From: Candidatus Poseidoniia archaeon | Lineage (GTDB): Archaea; Thermoplasmatota; Poseidoniia; MGIII; CG-Epi1 | Assembly: GCA_030754655.1 (NCBI GenBank) | Contig: JASLZX010000001.1 | Location: 91,059-155,058 of the forward strand | Length of the DNA: 64,000 nucleotides | Direction of reading: 5' to 3' | Shown here: positions 55,056 to 63,800 of the stretch, in pieces | Position numbering within the stretch: position 1 is the first letter of the stretch | Layout of the letters: each line of letters opens with the position of its first letter | Position numbers and translations under genes: made by a program | Notes under the pieces: generated by a model | What the model was told of the DNA's origin: nothing | What the model saw: the letters and a program-made list of their open reading frames with translations, nothing else | Databases searched by the model: none

Positions 55056-56191
55056 CACGCCGCCTCGAGCACCGTCGCGATGCCCTGCCCGCCGCCGATG
55101 CACATCGTCGCCAGCGCGTAGCGTCCGCCCTCGCGCTGGAGCAGCGCTGCCGCCTTGCCGGTGATGCGCGCGCCGCTCGCCCCCAGAGGGTGGCCCAGCG
55201 CAATCGCGCCGCCGTCCAGGTTCACCCTGGCGTGCGATAGCCCCAGTTTGTCCAGCACCGCGAGCGACTGCGCCGCGAACGCTTCGTTGAGTTCGACAAG
55301 GTCCATCTGCCCCAGCTCCAGCCCGGCGCGGTCGAGCGCCTTGCGGGTCGCCTCAACGGGGCCGATGCCCATGATTTCGGGCGCGCAGCCCGAGACGGCA
55401 GTGGCGCGGATGCGCGCCATGACGGTCAGTTTGTGGCGTCTGGCGTAGTCGGCCGAAGTCACCAGCACCGCCGCCGCACCGTCGGTCAGTGGCGACGAGG
55501 TGCCGGCCGTTACGCTGCCTTTGGCGTCGAAGGCGGGCTTCAGCGCCGCCAGTGCCTCGGCGGTAGTATCGGGACGCGGGCAGCCGTCGGCGGCGACCGG
55601 GCCGTCGCCGTTCTCGATGGGCACAATTTCAGCCTCGAAACTACCGTCGTTCGCAGCGCGCACCGCGCGCTGCTGAGACTCGAGCGCGAATGCCTCCTGC
55701 GCTTCGCGCGAAATATCGTATTTGCGCGCCAGGTTCTCGGCGGTCAGCCCCATGTTGATGTAGACTTCGGGCGCGCGCTCGTAAAGCCCCGGATGCGGCA
55801 GCGGGTTGAACCCCATCATCGGCACCCGCGACATCGACTCGACTCCGCCGCAGACGAACGCCTCGCCCGCACCGGTCGCGATTGCGCCGGCCGCCATGTG
55901 GACAGCCTGCATCGACGACCCGCAGAAGCGGTTCACCGTCGTCCCCGCTACCGATGGTGGCAAGTCCGCAAGGAAACCGACGATGCGCGCCACGTTGAGC
56001 CCCTGCTCGCCTTCTGGGAATGCGCAGCCGATAATCAGGTCCTCCAGCCCGGCCGGGTCGACGCCGCTCCGCTCGAGCAGCCCGCGTACGACCTGCGCCA
56101 TCAGTTCATCAGGCCGCACCTTCGCCAGCGCACCCTTGTGCGCCGGGGCGAAGGGCGAACGGGCGTAGCCTGCAATCACCGCTTTGCTCAT
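55055..56191 (-). CDS. Acetyl-CoA C-acyltransferase (thiolase)
   Basis: Thiolase N- and C-terminal domains with active-site Cys/His/Cys context (…NRFCGSSMQAV…, …NLDGGAIALGHPLGASG…, …CIGGGQG…). Confidence 0.85.
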   Translation of the reverse strand: MSKAVIAGYARSPFAPAHKGALAKVRPDELMAQVVRGLLERSGVDPAGLEDLIIGCAFPEGEQGLNVARIVGFLADLPPSVAGTTVNRFCGSSMQAVHMAAGAIATGAGEAFVCGGVESMSRVPMMGFNPLPHPGLYERAPEVYINMGLTAENLARKYDISREAQEAFALESQQRAVRAANDGSFEAEIVPIENGDGPVAADGCPRPDTTAEALAALKPAFDAKGSVTAGTSSPLTDGAAAVLVTSADYARRHKLTVMARIRATAVSGCAPEIMGIGPVEATRKALDRAGLELGQMDLVELNEAFAAQSLAVLDKLGLSHARVNLDGGAIALGHPLGASGARITGKAAALLQREGGRYALATMCIGGGQGIATVLEAA

Positions 56192-56266
56192 TAGGCCCCA
56201 ATCCCCCCCATATATAATAGTTTAATAAAATAAAACATTTATATAGAAGAACCCTTTTACGGGGGC
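56192..56266. promoter_or_regulatory. AT-rich divergent promoter region between the beta-oxidation operon and the TrmB-family regulator
   Basis: ccccatatataatagtttaataaaataaaacatttatatagaag carries two TATA-like boxes. It is the only AT-rich stretch between two divergent high-GC genes. Confidence 0.55.
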
Positions 56267-57013
56267 GTGGACACCACACCACACCGTCCGGATGCCGTGC
56301 TTCACACGCTGGGGCTTTCCGAGGGCGAGGCGGAGGTGTACCGGCTGTTGCTCCGGGCTGGCGAAGCCAGCGTCGGGGACATCAGCCGCGGTTGTGCCTT
56401 CTCGCGCGCTCGGATTTACGGCATCCTGGACAACCTTGTTGCGCGAGGCGCGGCGCACCAGGTCTCGGTGCACCCCCGCACCTACGCGCCCGAGAACCCG
56501 CGTCGGCTGGCCGAGATGCGGCTGCACGAAGTCGAGGCGGCCTGCGCCGCCGCCGAGGAGACGCTGATTCCACTCTACGAGACGCAGGAGCGCTCCTACA
56601 CCGAGTCGGTGACAGTACGCGATATGGGTGTCTTCCAGCAGGTCGAGGAGATGTGCCTGCGCGCGACCGAGAGCCTCGACGGAATCGCCGCCTTCTTGCC
56701 CTCCGCCATCCCCGACTCGCTCTGCCGTGCGTTCGCGAGCGCCTCGCACGCCGGCGTCCGCGTGCGACTGCTCTTCCCGTTGGGCGAGGCGCCGCTGGAC
56801 CTAGCGCGGCTCCCCGGCAAGTACGAAATCCGCCGCGCCGCGACCCCCGCCGCGGGGATGTTCATCATCGACCAGGCCGAGCTGCTGATTGGCGGGCTCG
56901 AGAAGCCGGAATCAACGGCGCACCTGCTCGGGCTCTGGCTACACCACGAAGAGCTGGCGCGGCTCTCGGGACAGATTTTCGAGACGCTGTTCGAGGCGGG
57001 CGAACCGCTCTGA
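56267..57013 (+). CDS. TrmB-family transcriptional regulator (wHTH plus C-terminal effector domain)
   Basis: N-terminal wHTH (LGLSEGEAEVYRLLLRAGEASVGDISRGCAFSRARIYGILDNLVARG) and a C-terminal TrmB-like domain. Divergent from the thiolase operon. Confidence 0.6.
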   Translation: MDTTPHRPDAVLHTLGLSEGEAEVYRLLLRAGEASVGDISRGCAFSRARIYGILDNLVARGAAHQVSVHPRTYAPENPRRLAEMRLHEVEAACAAAEETLIPLYETQERSYTESVTVRDMGVFQQVEEMCLRATESLDGIAAFLPSAIPDSLCRAFASASHAGVRVRLLFPLGEAPLDLARLPGKYEIRRAATPAAGMFIIDQAELLIGGLEKPESTAHLLGLWLHHEELARLSGQIFETLFEAGEPL

Positions 57014-57035
57014 GCGGCTCGCCACAGCGAAATGG

Positions 57036-57110
57036 TGGGCCCGCCCAGATTTGAACTGGAGTACCGGCGTCCCGAACGCCGAAGGATGGACCAAGCTACC
57101 CTACGGGCCC
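57036..57110 (-). tRNA. tRNA-Pro (anticodon CGG); CCA encoded (57033-57035)
   Basis: Reverse complement: GGGCCCG-TA-GGGTAGCTTGGTCCATCC-TT-CGGCG-TTCGGGA-CGCCG-…-TCCAG-TTCAAAT-CTGGG-CGGGCCC-A. The D-arm matches the conserved archaeal tRNA-Pro pattern GGGTAGC.TGGTC.ATCCTT. Confidence 0.75.
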
Positions 57111-57186
57111 CGCCGGCGGCGCCACGCAGGGTGCGCTAAAAAGGTCGCGGAACGGTTTTCGGACGCGTGCTGAAACGTATTTAAGC

Positions 57187-57209
57187 TTTATATAGCAGAC
57201 TTATATAGG
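57187..57209 (+). promoter_or_regulatory. TATA boxes upstream of the TBP gene (likely leaderless transcript)
   Basis: ctttatatagcagacttatatagg ends about 20 nt before ATG 57229. Confidence 0.55.
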
Positions 57210-57228
57210 CGCCCCTTAGGAGTTTACC

Positions 57229-57783
57229 ATGGCAGAAATAACAGTAGTCAACGTCGTGGCCAGCGCCTCGATTGGTAAGGAATTGATGTTGCAGGACATC
57301 GCCTTCCAGCTCGAAGGTGCCGAATATGATCAGGACCGGTTTCCGGGGCTGATTTACAAGCTTAAAGAGCCCAAGACGGCGGTGCTCATCTTCCGCAGCG
57401 GGAAGGTAGTCTGCACCGGTGCACGCTCGATTCCGGATGTGCATGTCGCCATCAACAAGGTGGTGGCCAAGCTGCGCAAGCTCAAGATGCCAGTCCATGA
57501 CGAGCCCGACATCGTTATCCAGAACATCGTCGCCACTACCAATCTTGAGTCGACGCTCAACCTGATTCAGATTGCGATGTCGCTCGGCTTCGAAAATGTC
57601 GAATACGAGCCCGAGGCGTTCCCGGGGCTGGTCTACCGCATGGCTGACCCGAAGGTCGTGCTGCTGCTCTTCGGCAGTGGCAAGATGGTCTGTGTCGGCG
57701 CGCGCGAGGTCAACGACATCAAGAACGCCGTCCGCAACATCAAGCACGAGCTCCGCACCGCCGGATTGCTGCGCGAGGACTAG
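57229..57783 (+). CDS. tbp: TATA-box binding protein
   Basis: Two direct repeats of the TBP fold (…ENVVASASIGKELMLQDIAF… and …QNIVATTNLESTLNLIQIAM…). 184 aa. Confidence 0.9.
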   Translation: MAEITVVNVVASASIGKELMLQDIAFQLEGAEYDQDRFPGLIYKLKEPKTAVLIFRSGKVVCTGARSIPDVHVAINKVVAKLRKLKMPVHDEPDIVIQNIVATTNLESTLNLIQIAMSLGFENVEYEPEAFPGLVYRMADPKVVLLLFGSGKMVCVGAREVNDIKNAVRNIKHELRTAGLLRED

Positions 57784-57806
57784 CTCCCCGTCCGCGGAGT
57801 GCAACC

Positions 57807-58202
57807 ATGACCACCAGCATCCAGGAAATTCGGTCGCTCAAGGTAGGACGCTATATCCTCGTCGATGACGCCCCGTGCCGGATTGTCGAGTACATCACCT
57901 CCAAGCCCGGCAAGCACGGTGAAGCCAAGGCGCGCATCGTCGCAGTCGGAATCTTCGACGGCACCAAGCGGTCGTTGGTCCACCCTGTCAAGCACAAGCT
58001 GCACGTGCCGCAGGTGGACAACCGCAAGGGGCAGGTGCTGGCGCACATGGGTGCTGAGGTGCAATTCATGGATCTGGAGACCTGGGAGACATTTACCATC
58101 CCGATGGCCGACATCCCCGAGGAGTTCCAGGGCAGCCTCGAGCCCGGCAGTGAAATCCGCTTCCTGCAGGCGATGGGGCGGCGGCTGGTCACGCGTGCCT
58201 GA
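57807..58202 (+). CDS. eif5a: Translation initiation factor 5A (aIF5A)
   Basis: Hypusination loop STSKPGKHGEAKARIV plus a C-terminal OB fold. 131 aa. Confidence 0.9.
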   Translation: MTTSIQEIRSLKVGRYILVDDAPCRIVEYITSKPGKHGEAKARIVAVGIFDGTKRSLVHPVKHKLHVPQVDNRKGQVLAHMGAEVQFMDLETWETFTIPMADIPEEFQGSLEPGSEIRFLQAMGRRLVTRA

Positions 58203-59061
58203 GTTTTTTGCCGACGCTGAAGCGGCTTTCGACGACGCGCGTTTCGTAATCTGGGGCTACCCTTTCGATGGCACCGCCTGTTTCCGTAAGGGCACCGCCG
58301 ATGGCCCCGAGGCGATTCGTTTCCACAGTCACAACTTCGAGTCATGGCTCAACGAGCTCGGCCTTGACCTGCGCGACATCCCGGCCCACGACTGGGGCGA
58401 CGTCGAAGCAGTCGCCGATCAGGCGGCCAACAACAGTGCCATCGAGGAAATCGTTGGCCGCATCGGCGCTGCCGGCAAGTTCCCGGTCGGCCTCGGCGGC
58501 GAGCATTCGCTCACCCCCCCGGCAGTCGCCGCGCTGAAGCGCCAGTTCCCGGAGCTGGGCGTTGTCATCCTCGACGCGCACCTCGACTATCGCGACGGCT
58601 ATCAGGGCGCGAAGTGGTCGCACGCCGCGACGACGCGCCGCGTCTCCGAAATCGTCGGCCCCGAGCGCGTCCGTTCCCTTGGCATCCGCTCGCTCTCGCG
58701 CGAAGAGCTGCACACGGCGCGCGAGGATGGGCTGCACTACGTCGAGACGGGCTGGACCGAGCTGCGCGAACACCTCTCCGACCTGGTCGAGGCGATCGAC
58801 GGCCCGCTCTACCTGAGCCTTGATATGGACGCGATTGACCCTGCCTTCGCCCCCGGCGTCGGCACTCCCGAGCCGTTCGGCATGACTCCCTACGAAGTGT
58901 TGCAGGTGCTCAACTTCCTGAGCGACAGGCTAGTTGGTTTCGACTGCGTCGAGACCTGCCCGCCCGCCGACAACGGCAACACCGCTGCGCTTGCGGCACG
59001 ACTGGTGCGTCACACCATCGGCGCCGTCGCGAAGGCGCAGCCACGCGACGGCGCCGACTAG
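58195..59061 (+). CDS. speB: Agmatinase (ureohydrolase family)
   Basis: Arginase-fold Mn-binding motifs (GGEHSLT, DAHLD, SLDMDAIDPAFAPG). GTG start at 58195 (VPEFFADAE…) overlapping the aIF5A stop by 8 nt. The track ORF 57865.. is an extension. Confidence 0.8.
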   Translation: MPEFFADAEAAFDDARFVIWGYPFDGTACFRKGTADGPEAIRFHSHNFESWLNELGLDLRDIPAHDWGDVEAVADQAANNSAIEEIVGRIGAAGKFPVGLGGEHSLTPPAVAALKRQFPELGVVILDAHLDYRDGYQGAKWSHAATTRRVSEIVGPERVRSLGIRSLSREELHTAREDGLHYVETGWTELREHLSDLVEAIDGPLYLSLDMDAIDPAFAPGVGTPEPFGMTPYEVLQVLNFLSDRLVGFDCVETCPPADNGNTAALAARLVRHTIGAVAKAQPRDGAD

Positions 59062-59666
59062 TACTCGACCGGCTCCGGGTCGAGCGAGCGCCAGAGGTAC
59101 CACGCCGCGACCGACCGCCACGGCCGCCACACCGCACCAATTTCGCGCAGCTCCGCACTCTCGAGCGCTTCGCCGTAGGCGAGCCGCATTCCCGCCACTA
59201 TTCCGAGGTCGTCCAGCGGTAGTACGTCGGGCCGTAGCAGGTGAAACATCAGAAACATCTCCGCCGTCCAGCGCCCCACCCCGCGCAGTCGGCAGAGTTG
59301 TGCAATCGCCGCCTCGTCGTCGAGCGGGATCCAGTCAATGTCCCACACCTCCCGGTCCCGCGCTAGCCCATGGATGTATTCCGCCTTGCGCTGCGAAAGC
59401 CCCGCCGGCCGTAGCTGCTCCACGCTGCGTGCGAGCACCGTCTCAATGGTGACCGCCCCGTCGCAAATCGCCTCGAGCCGGCCCCAGACGGTCTGCGCCG
59501 CCTGGACCGAAATCTGCTGCCCTGCTACCGCGCGCGCGAGCGTGAAGAACGGCTCCGCGCGCGGCTCGAGCTGCTCGCCCGGGAAGCAGTCGATAATCGC
59601 CCCTAGCACCGGGTCGCCCGCGCGCAGTTCGTCGCAGGCGCGGCCCCACCACTTTGGCTTGCCCAT
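59058..59666 (-). CDS. HhH-GPD superfamily DNA glycosylase (AlkA/3-methyladenine glycosylase II-like)
   Basis: HhH-GPD motif …LCRLRGVGRWTAEMFLMF… and the catalytic Asp region (LPLDDLGI). 202 aa. Confidence 0.65.
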   Translation of the reverse strand: MGKPKWWGRACDELRAGDPVLGAIIDCFPGEQLEPRAEPFFTLARAVAGQQISVQAAQTVWGRLEAICDGAVTIETVLARSVEQLRPAGLSQRKAEYIHGLARDREVWDIDWIPLDDEAAIAQLCRLRGVGRWTAEMFLMFHLLRPDVLPLDDLGIVAGMRLAYGEALESAELREIGAVWRPWRSVAAWYLWRSLDPEPVEY

Positions 59667-59716
59667 GCCCCGGGCAGCGACACGCGGCTAAAATACCCCC
59701 GACCTTCGGCCGCAGG

Positions 59717-59801
59717 GCGCGGGTCGCATAGTCTGGCCAATCGCGGAAGGCTCAAGACCTTCTCCCTCAGGGGTTCGCAGGTTCGAATCCTGCCCCGCGC
59801 A
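59717..59801 (+). tRNA. tRNA-Leu (anticodon CAA), class II; CCA encoded (59802-59804)
   Basis: Acceptor GCGCGGG/CCCGCGC. Anticodon stem GAAGG/CCTTC with loop CTCAAGA. Long variable arm. T-arm GCAGG-TTCGAAT-CCTGC. A TATA-like ggctaaaatacc lies about 25 nt upstream. Confidence 0.8.
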
Positions 59802-59824
59802 CCACCATCCTTTCACGAAGCCCA

Positions 59825-59831
59825 TTTTTTT
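59825..59831 (+). terminator. Oligo-T tract downstream of tRNA-Leu
   Basis: cccatttttttaaataataat begins 20 nt after the tRNA 3' end. Confidence 0.4.
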
Positions 59832-59851
59832 AAATAATAATCGTCGAGAAC

Positions 59852-60190
59852 TCAGAACTTCATCAGGCACCGCTCGACGACCTCTCCGTGGCGCAGGTGC
59901 CGCTCGACGATTTCCGGCACGTCGCGCTCCGGGTCGGCGATGCGATACCACACGCCTTCCGGGTAGACCACGCAGGAGATGCCGTTCTCGCAGAAATCGA
60001 GGCAGCCCGACTTCTGCACCCGCACTCCCGTCAGGCCCGCCTCGCGCGCGGCCGCCTTCATCTGCTTCAGTACCGTCAGGCTGCCGCGCCCGGCACAGCA
60101 GGGGCGCGCGGCATCGGGCGGCCGCTCGTGCCCGCAGATGAAGATGTGCCGCTCGTAGCCCGGCTGCGGGCGGCCTTTCGGGTCAGTTAC
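59852..60190 (-). CDS. Thioredoxin-like [2Fe-2S] ferredoxin (start codon unresolved)
   Basis: Four-Cys pattern HIFICGH…ARPCCAGRG…SGCLDFCENG, typical of Trx-like 2Fe-2S ferredoxins. The domain is about 100 aa. There is no ATG/GTG/TTG between the pdxT stop and the domain. The track ORF extends 120 nt into pdxT from a GTG at 60305. Confidence 0.4.
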   Translation of the reverse strand, partial: VTDPKGRPQPGYERHIFICGHERPPDAARPCCAGRGSLTVLKQMKAAAREAGLTGVRVQKSGCLDFCENGISCVVYPEGVWYRIADPERDVPEIVERHLRHGEVVERCLMKF

Positions 60191-60726
60191 CGTGGTACCA
60201 TCTCCAGCCAGCGCTGGTGCAGCCGCCGGTCGCCGGTCAGCTCGGGGTGGAACGTGAGCGCCATGTGTGGCGGCTGCACAGCGCCCACGATATTTCCGTT
60301 GTGCCACGCTATCGGGGTGCAGTTATCGTCGGTGAAGATGATGACGGGCGCCCGGATGAAAATCCCGGGAAACGGCTCGCCCGCCTCCAGCGCGACGTCG
60401 GCTTCGAACGACTCCTGCTGCCGCCCGTAGGCGTTGCGGTCCAGTTCCATCGCCATCCGACCGAGCGTTTCGCTTCCGCGGCCGAGCAGGATGGCGCCGG
60501 CGCAGGTTCCCAGGATGGGTTTTTCCCATGCCAGCAGCGGCTCCCACAATCCCCCGTTTTGCAGCAGGTGGCGCAGCGTTGTGGACTCGCCGCCCGGCAT
60601 CACCAGGCCGTCCACTTTTGCCAGTTCTGCGGGCGTTCTCACCTCCACCACGCGAGCGCCGCACGCCGCCAGCGCCCGACAGTGCTCGCTGACCGCTCCC
60701 TGCAGTGCCAGTACCCCGACTTTCAC
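60187..60726 (-). CDS. pdxT: Pyridoxal 5'-phosphate synthase glutaminase subunit PdxT
   Basis: Class I GATase triad context (…GTCAGAILL…, …FHPE…). 179 aa. MKVGVLALQG is a typical PdxT N-terminus. Confidence 0.85.
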   Translation of the reverse strand: MKVGVLALQGAVSEHCRALAACGARVVEVRTPAELAKVDGLVMPGGESTTLRHLLQNGGLWEPLLAWEKPILGTCAGAILLGRGSETLGRMAMELDRNAYGRQQESFEADVALEAGEPFPGIFIRAPVIIFTDDNCTPIAWHNGNIVGAVQPPHMALTFHPELTGDRRLHQRWLEMVPR

Positions 60727-60867
60727 GACGGTGCAGCCCTCCCCCTGCTTTATCGCTTAGCCTGTTTTCGGGGCGGGCGAACGTTTTATATGAACCGGGC
60801 CGCGTGATGAGAACCCTTCAGTGGGTATCCTGCCCGCTGAGACAAGGACTCAACCAAGGTGTGTCAT

Positions 60868-63800
60868 ATGCAAGAAACTCGTACAGAGAACTATATCGCC
60901 TGGACTGCAAGGCTCGTTGCCTTCGTAGTCGCCGTAACCATGGTCACCAGCACGTTCGTGCTGCTGGCGCCCAATGCTGCGGCCAAGACCGGAGGACCAG
61001 ATACCTCCGGATACAGCTTTACCGACAGTACAGAATCGGATGGTAAAGTGTCGTATGACTGGATTGATATCCTGAGTACTGGGACATCCATAGGGAATCC
61101 CGGTGACTATGTCACCAGTGCATTCGACATGGGCTTCACCATAACCTATTACGGTGTAGACTACGACGAATTCTACGTCGGTGGTGACAATGGGTGGTTC
61201 ACGTTTGACGCACCCTCTGTCAGTTACGCTTGGGTTCCATACCTAATGCCATGGACCGGGATTGCTGGCACCATGCTCTCACCCTACTGGCAGGACTACC
61301 GTTACTGCGCAAGTGGCGCAGACATCAAGTACGAGACATTAGGCACAGCTCCCGACCGGAAGCTGGTAATCACCTGGAACAAGATGAACATGTACTACTA
61401 CTGCACCTCGTCTGACACGACTACCTTCCAGGCCATCGTGCACGAGAATGGTAACATCGTTTACCAATACCAGGATGGTACATTCTACGGAGCAGGTACC
61501 TACGAGACAGTCTCGATTGGTATCCAGGCAAAGGGCGATGGCCTGAGCTATGCCTACTCCCAGATGAGCTCCTCGTACAACAACAAGGCCATTATGTTCT
61601 ACCCACCTCCGCCCCCAGTGGACCAACTGAAACTGGAAAATCCATCTGTCCCGGATCCGCTCTCGCTGGCGACCGAGAACACGATGTCGACCAGCGTGGT
61701 TAACAAGGGTACTGACACCCAGACCGACGTTGGCGTCAACGCCAAGGTGTTCTCAACTTCAGTCAACACAGTTATTGACGAGGACTTCGACTCTGGCCCC
61801 GGTGCCTTCACCTCCAGTGCAACTCACGGTGCTGACCTCTGGACAGGAGACATTAATGACAGCCAGGGCGCACACGTTAGCAACTACAACTACGGCGACG
61901 ACTACTACAATGACGGTGACACATCCGATCGCTCCATGTCGTCCGGCCGTAAGGAGGCTGCAGTTGGCGGCATGTTCGACGACAGTACGCGCCTTCACCA
62001 TGACGGCACCCACCTCTATGTTGCCGACAGGCTGCATGGGCAGATATGGAAGTTTGACAGTTCCAACTCCGGAACAGTTGTCATTCAGGGCCTTACCAAC
62101 CCGCTGGACGTGACCACCGATTCAAGTGGCAATATCTACGTGATAGGCCGCTGTTCGGGCATAGGTTACCTGTATTGTACCAACACGTGGGTAAAGAAGT
62201 TCAGTTCGACTGGTACCCTTCTATGGACTACGGGTGGGTCGACAATCAAGTACGGGACCGGAATTACCTACTATGACGGGCAGGTCTTCGCGCTGCAGGT
62301 CCACTTCCAGACCGCGAATACCAAGATAGTCAAGCTGGACGCAGATGATGGCTCGCTTGATGGCTCCTTCCGCTACGGTAACGGCAAATCACGTTCCTAC
62401 TACTGGGAAGATTTGGACGTAGATGACGACACTGGTGACATCTGGATGATCTGGCGCCATTACACCCAGTCAACACTGCGGAAGTACACTCGCAGCTCCG
62501 GCGGCAGCTACAGCGCCAACTCATATACTGACTGCACGTACGGTGGCCCCGGGTATCTGTACTACTCGAGCAGTGTCGATGTCTATGAGGGCTCTGTCTA
62601 CACGTCAGGTTATTACTACACCAGCTTCTATGGTGGCCTGAAGAAGATTTCGACCACGAGTTGCTCCTGGTCCACCGTAGTAGCAGATTATGGCGGTGGC
62701 TGGAACACCTACGTGGGTTCGATTGCCATGACCGACACCCACGTTTACGTCAGCAGCATGTACCACTTCCGTGAGTACTACTTCTTCAACGCTTACGACA
62801 AGATCGGCTACTATGACCTTTCGGACGGTAGTCTTGACAAGGTGCTAGGACCGCAGGATGCGATGCTGAGCCACCTTTCGACCCCCTCAATTGACGCCTC
62901 GACCGCAGTTGGCATGACCCTCAAGTTCAAGCACTCGTACTTCTTCTACTTCCGGTACGAGGGCGCTATCCTGGAGGCTTCGACCGATGGCGGTACTACG
63001 TGGGAGTACATTGAGAAGGACAAGTTCACCACTGGTGGCTATGTTAGTGGTATCAACGGCCAGATTATGTCGTGGTACAACACCCCCGAAGAGGTAGTCA
63101 TGAAGCAGGCATACACCTACTACGCCTACAACGGCGGCCTCGGCGGCTTCGATGTGGCCTGCCGGCAGGAGTGCAAGTGGGACTACACGGAGGTAGACCT
63201 GACCGATTACACAGGCTTCCCCGACGTTAAGGTACGCTGGACAGTGGCCTACAACCAGTACTGGTACGCCTCCGCATGGTTGTACTACAACAGCTACTTC
63301 CGCCTCGATGACGTGTCGGTTGATTTGGTTGATATCGACCAGACCTTCGTCGATGAGACCAAGACGATTGCCTCGATTGACTTCAAGGAGACCAAAACGC
63401 TAACCTTCGCCCCGTTCACGCCTGCGGCGAACGGCCTGAAGTCGGGCGCTATGGTCGGCGTCTCGATGAACATCATCGACGACTATAACGACGAGGACCT
63501 CTCGGACAACCGCTTCAGCGTATTCCGCGACGTCAAGTTCGTTATCATCTCGGAAAACTTTGATGACTGCGACGCTAGCGACTGGCTTTTCGGTCGTGAC
63601 TATTCGGGTGCTTCAATCTGGAGCGCAGACAATAAGGACGCTCATTCTGCACCCTGCTCGCTCGACAGTGGTAGCAAGTACGACCAGACCAGTCCAGGCG
63701 ATCCGTGGGCCTCCACAGGCAACCTCGACTTGAAAATGCCGGTTTCGGCTGAATTGACCTTCTGGCACTCGTACTACTTCTATTACACGTACGACGGAGT

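Noticed and set aside
52740-55103. First 16 codons of the 787-aa track ORF for the HCDH/ECH fusion
   Set aside because: The start at MERVAVIGSG (ATG 55053-55055) forms an ATGA overlap with the thiolase stop and gives a canonical NAD-binding N-terminus. The upstream 16 codons would overlap thiolase coding sequence.
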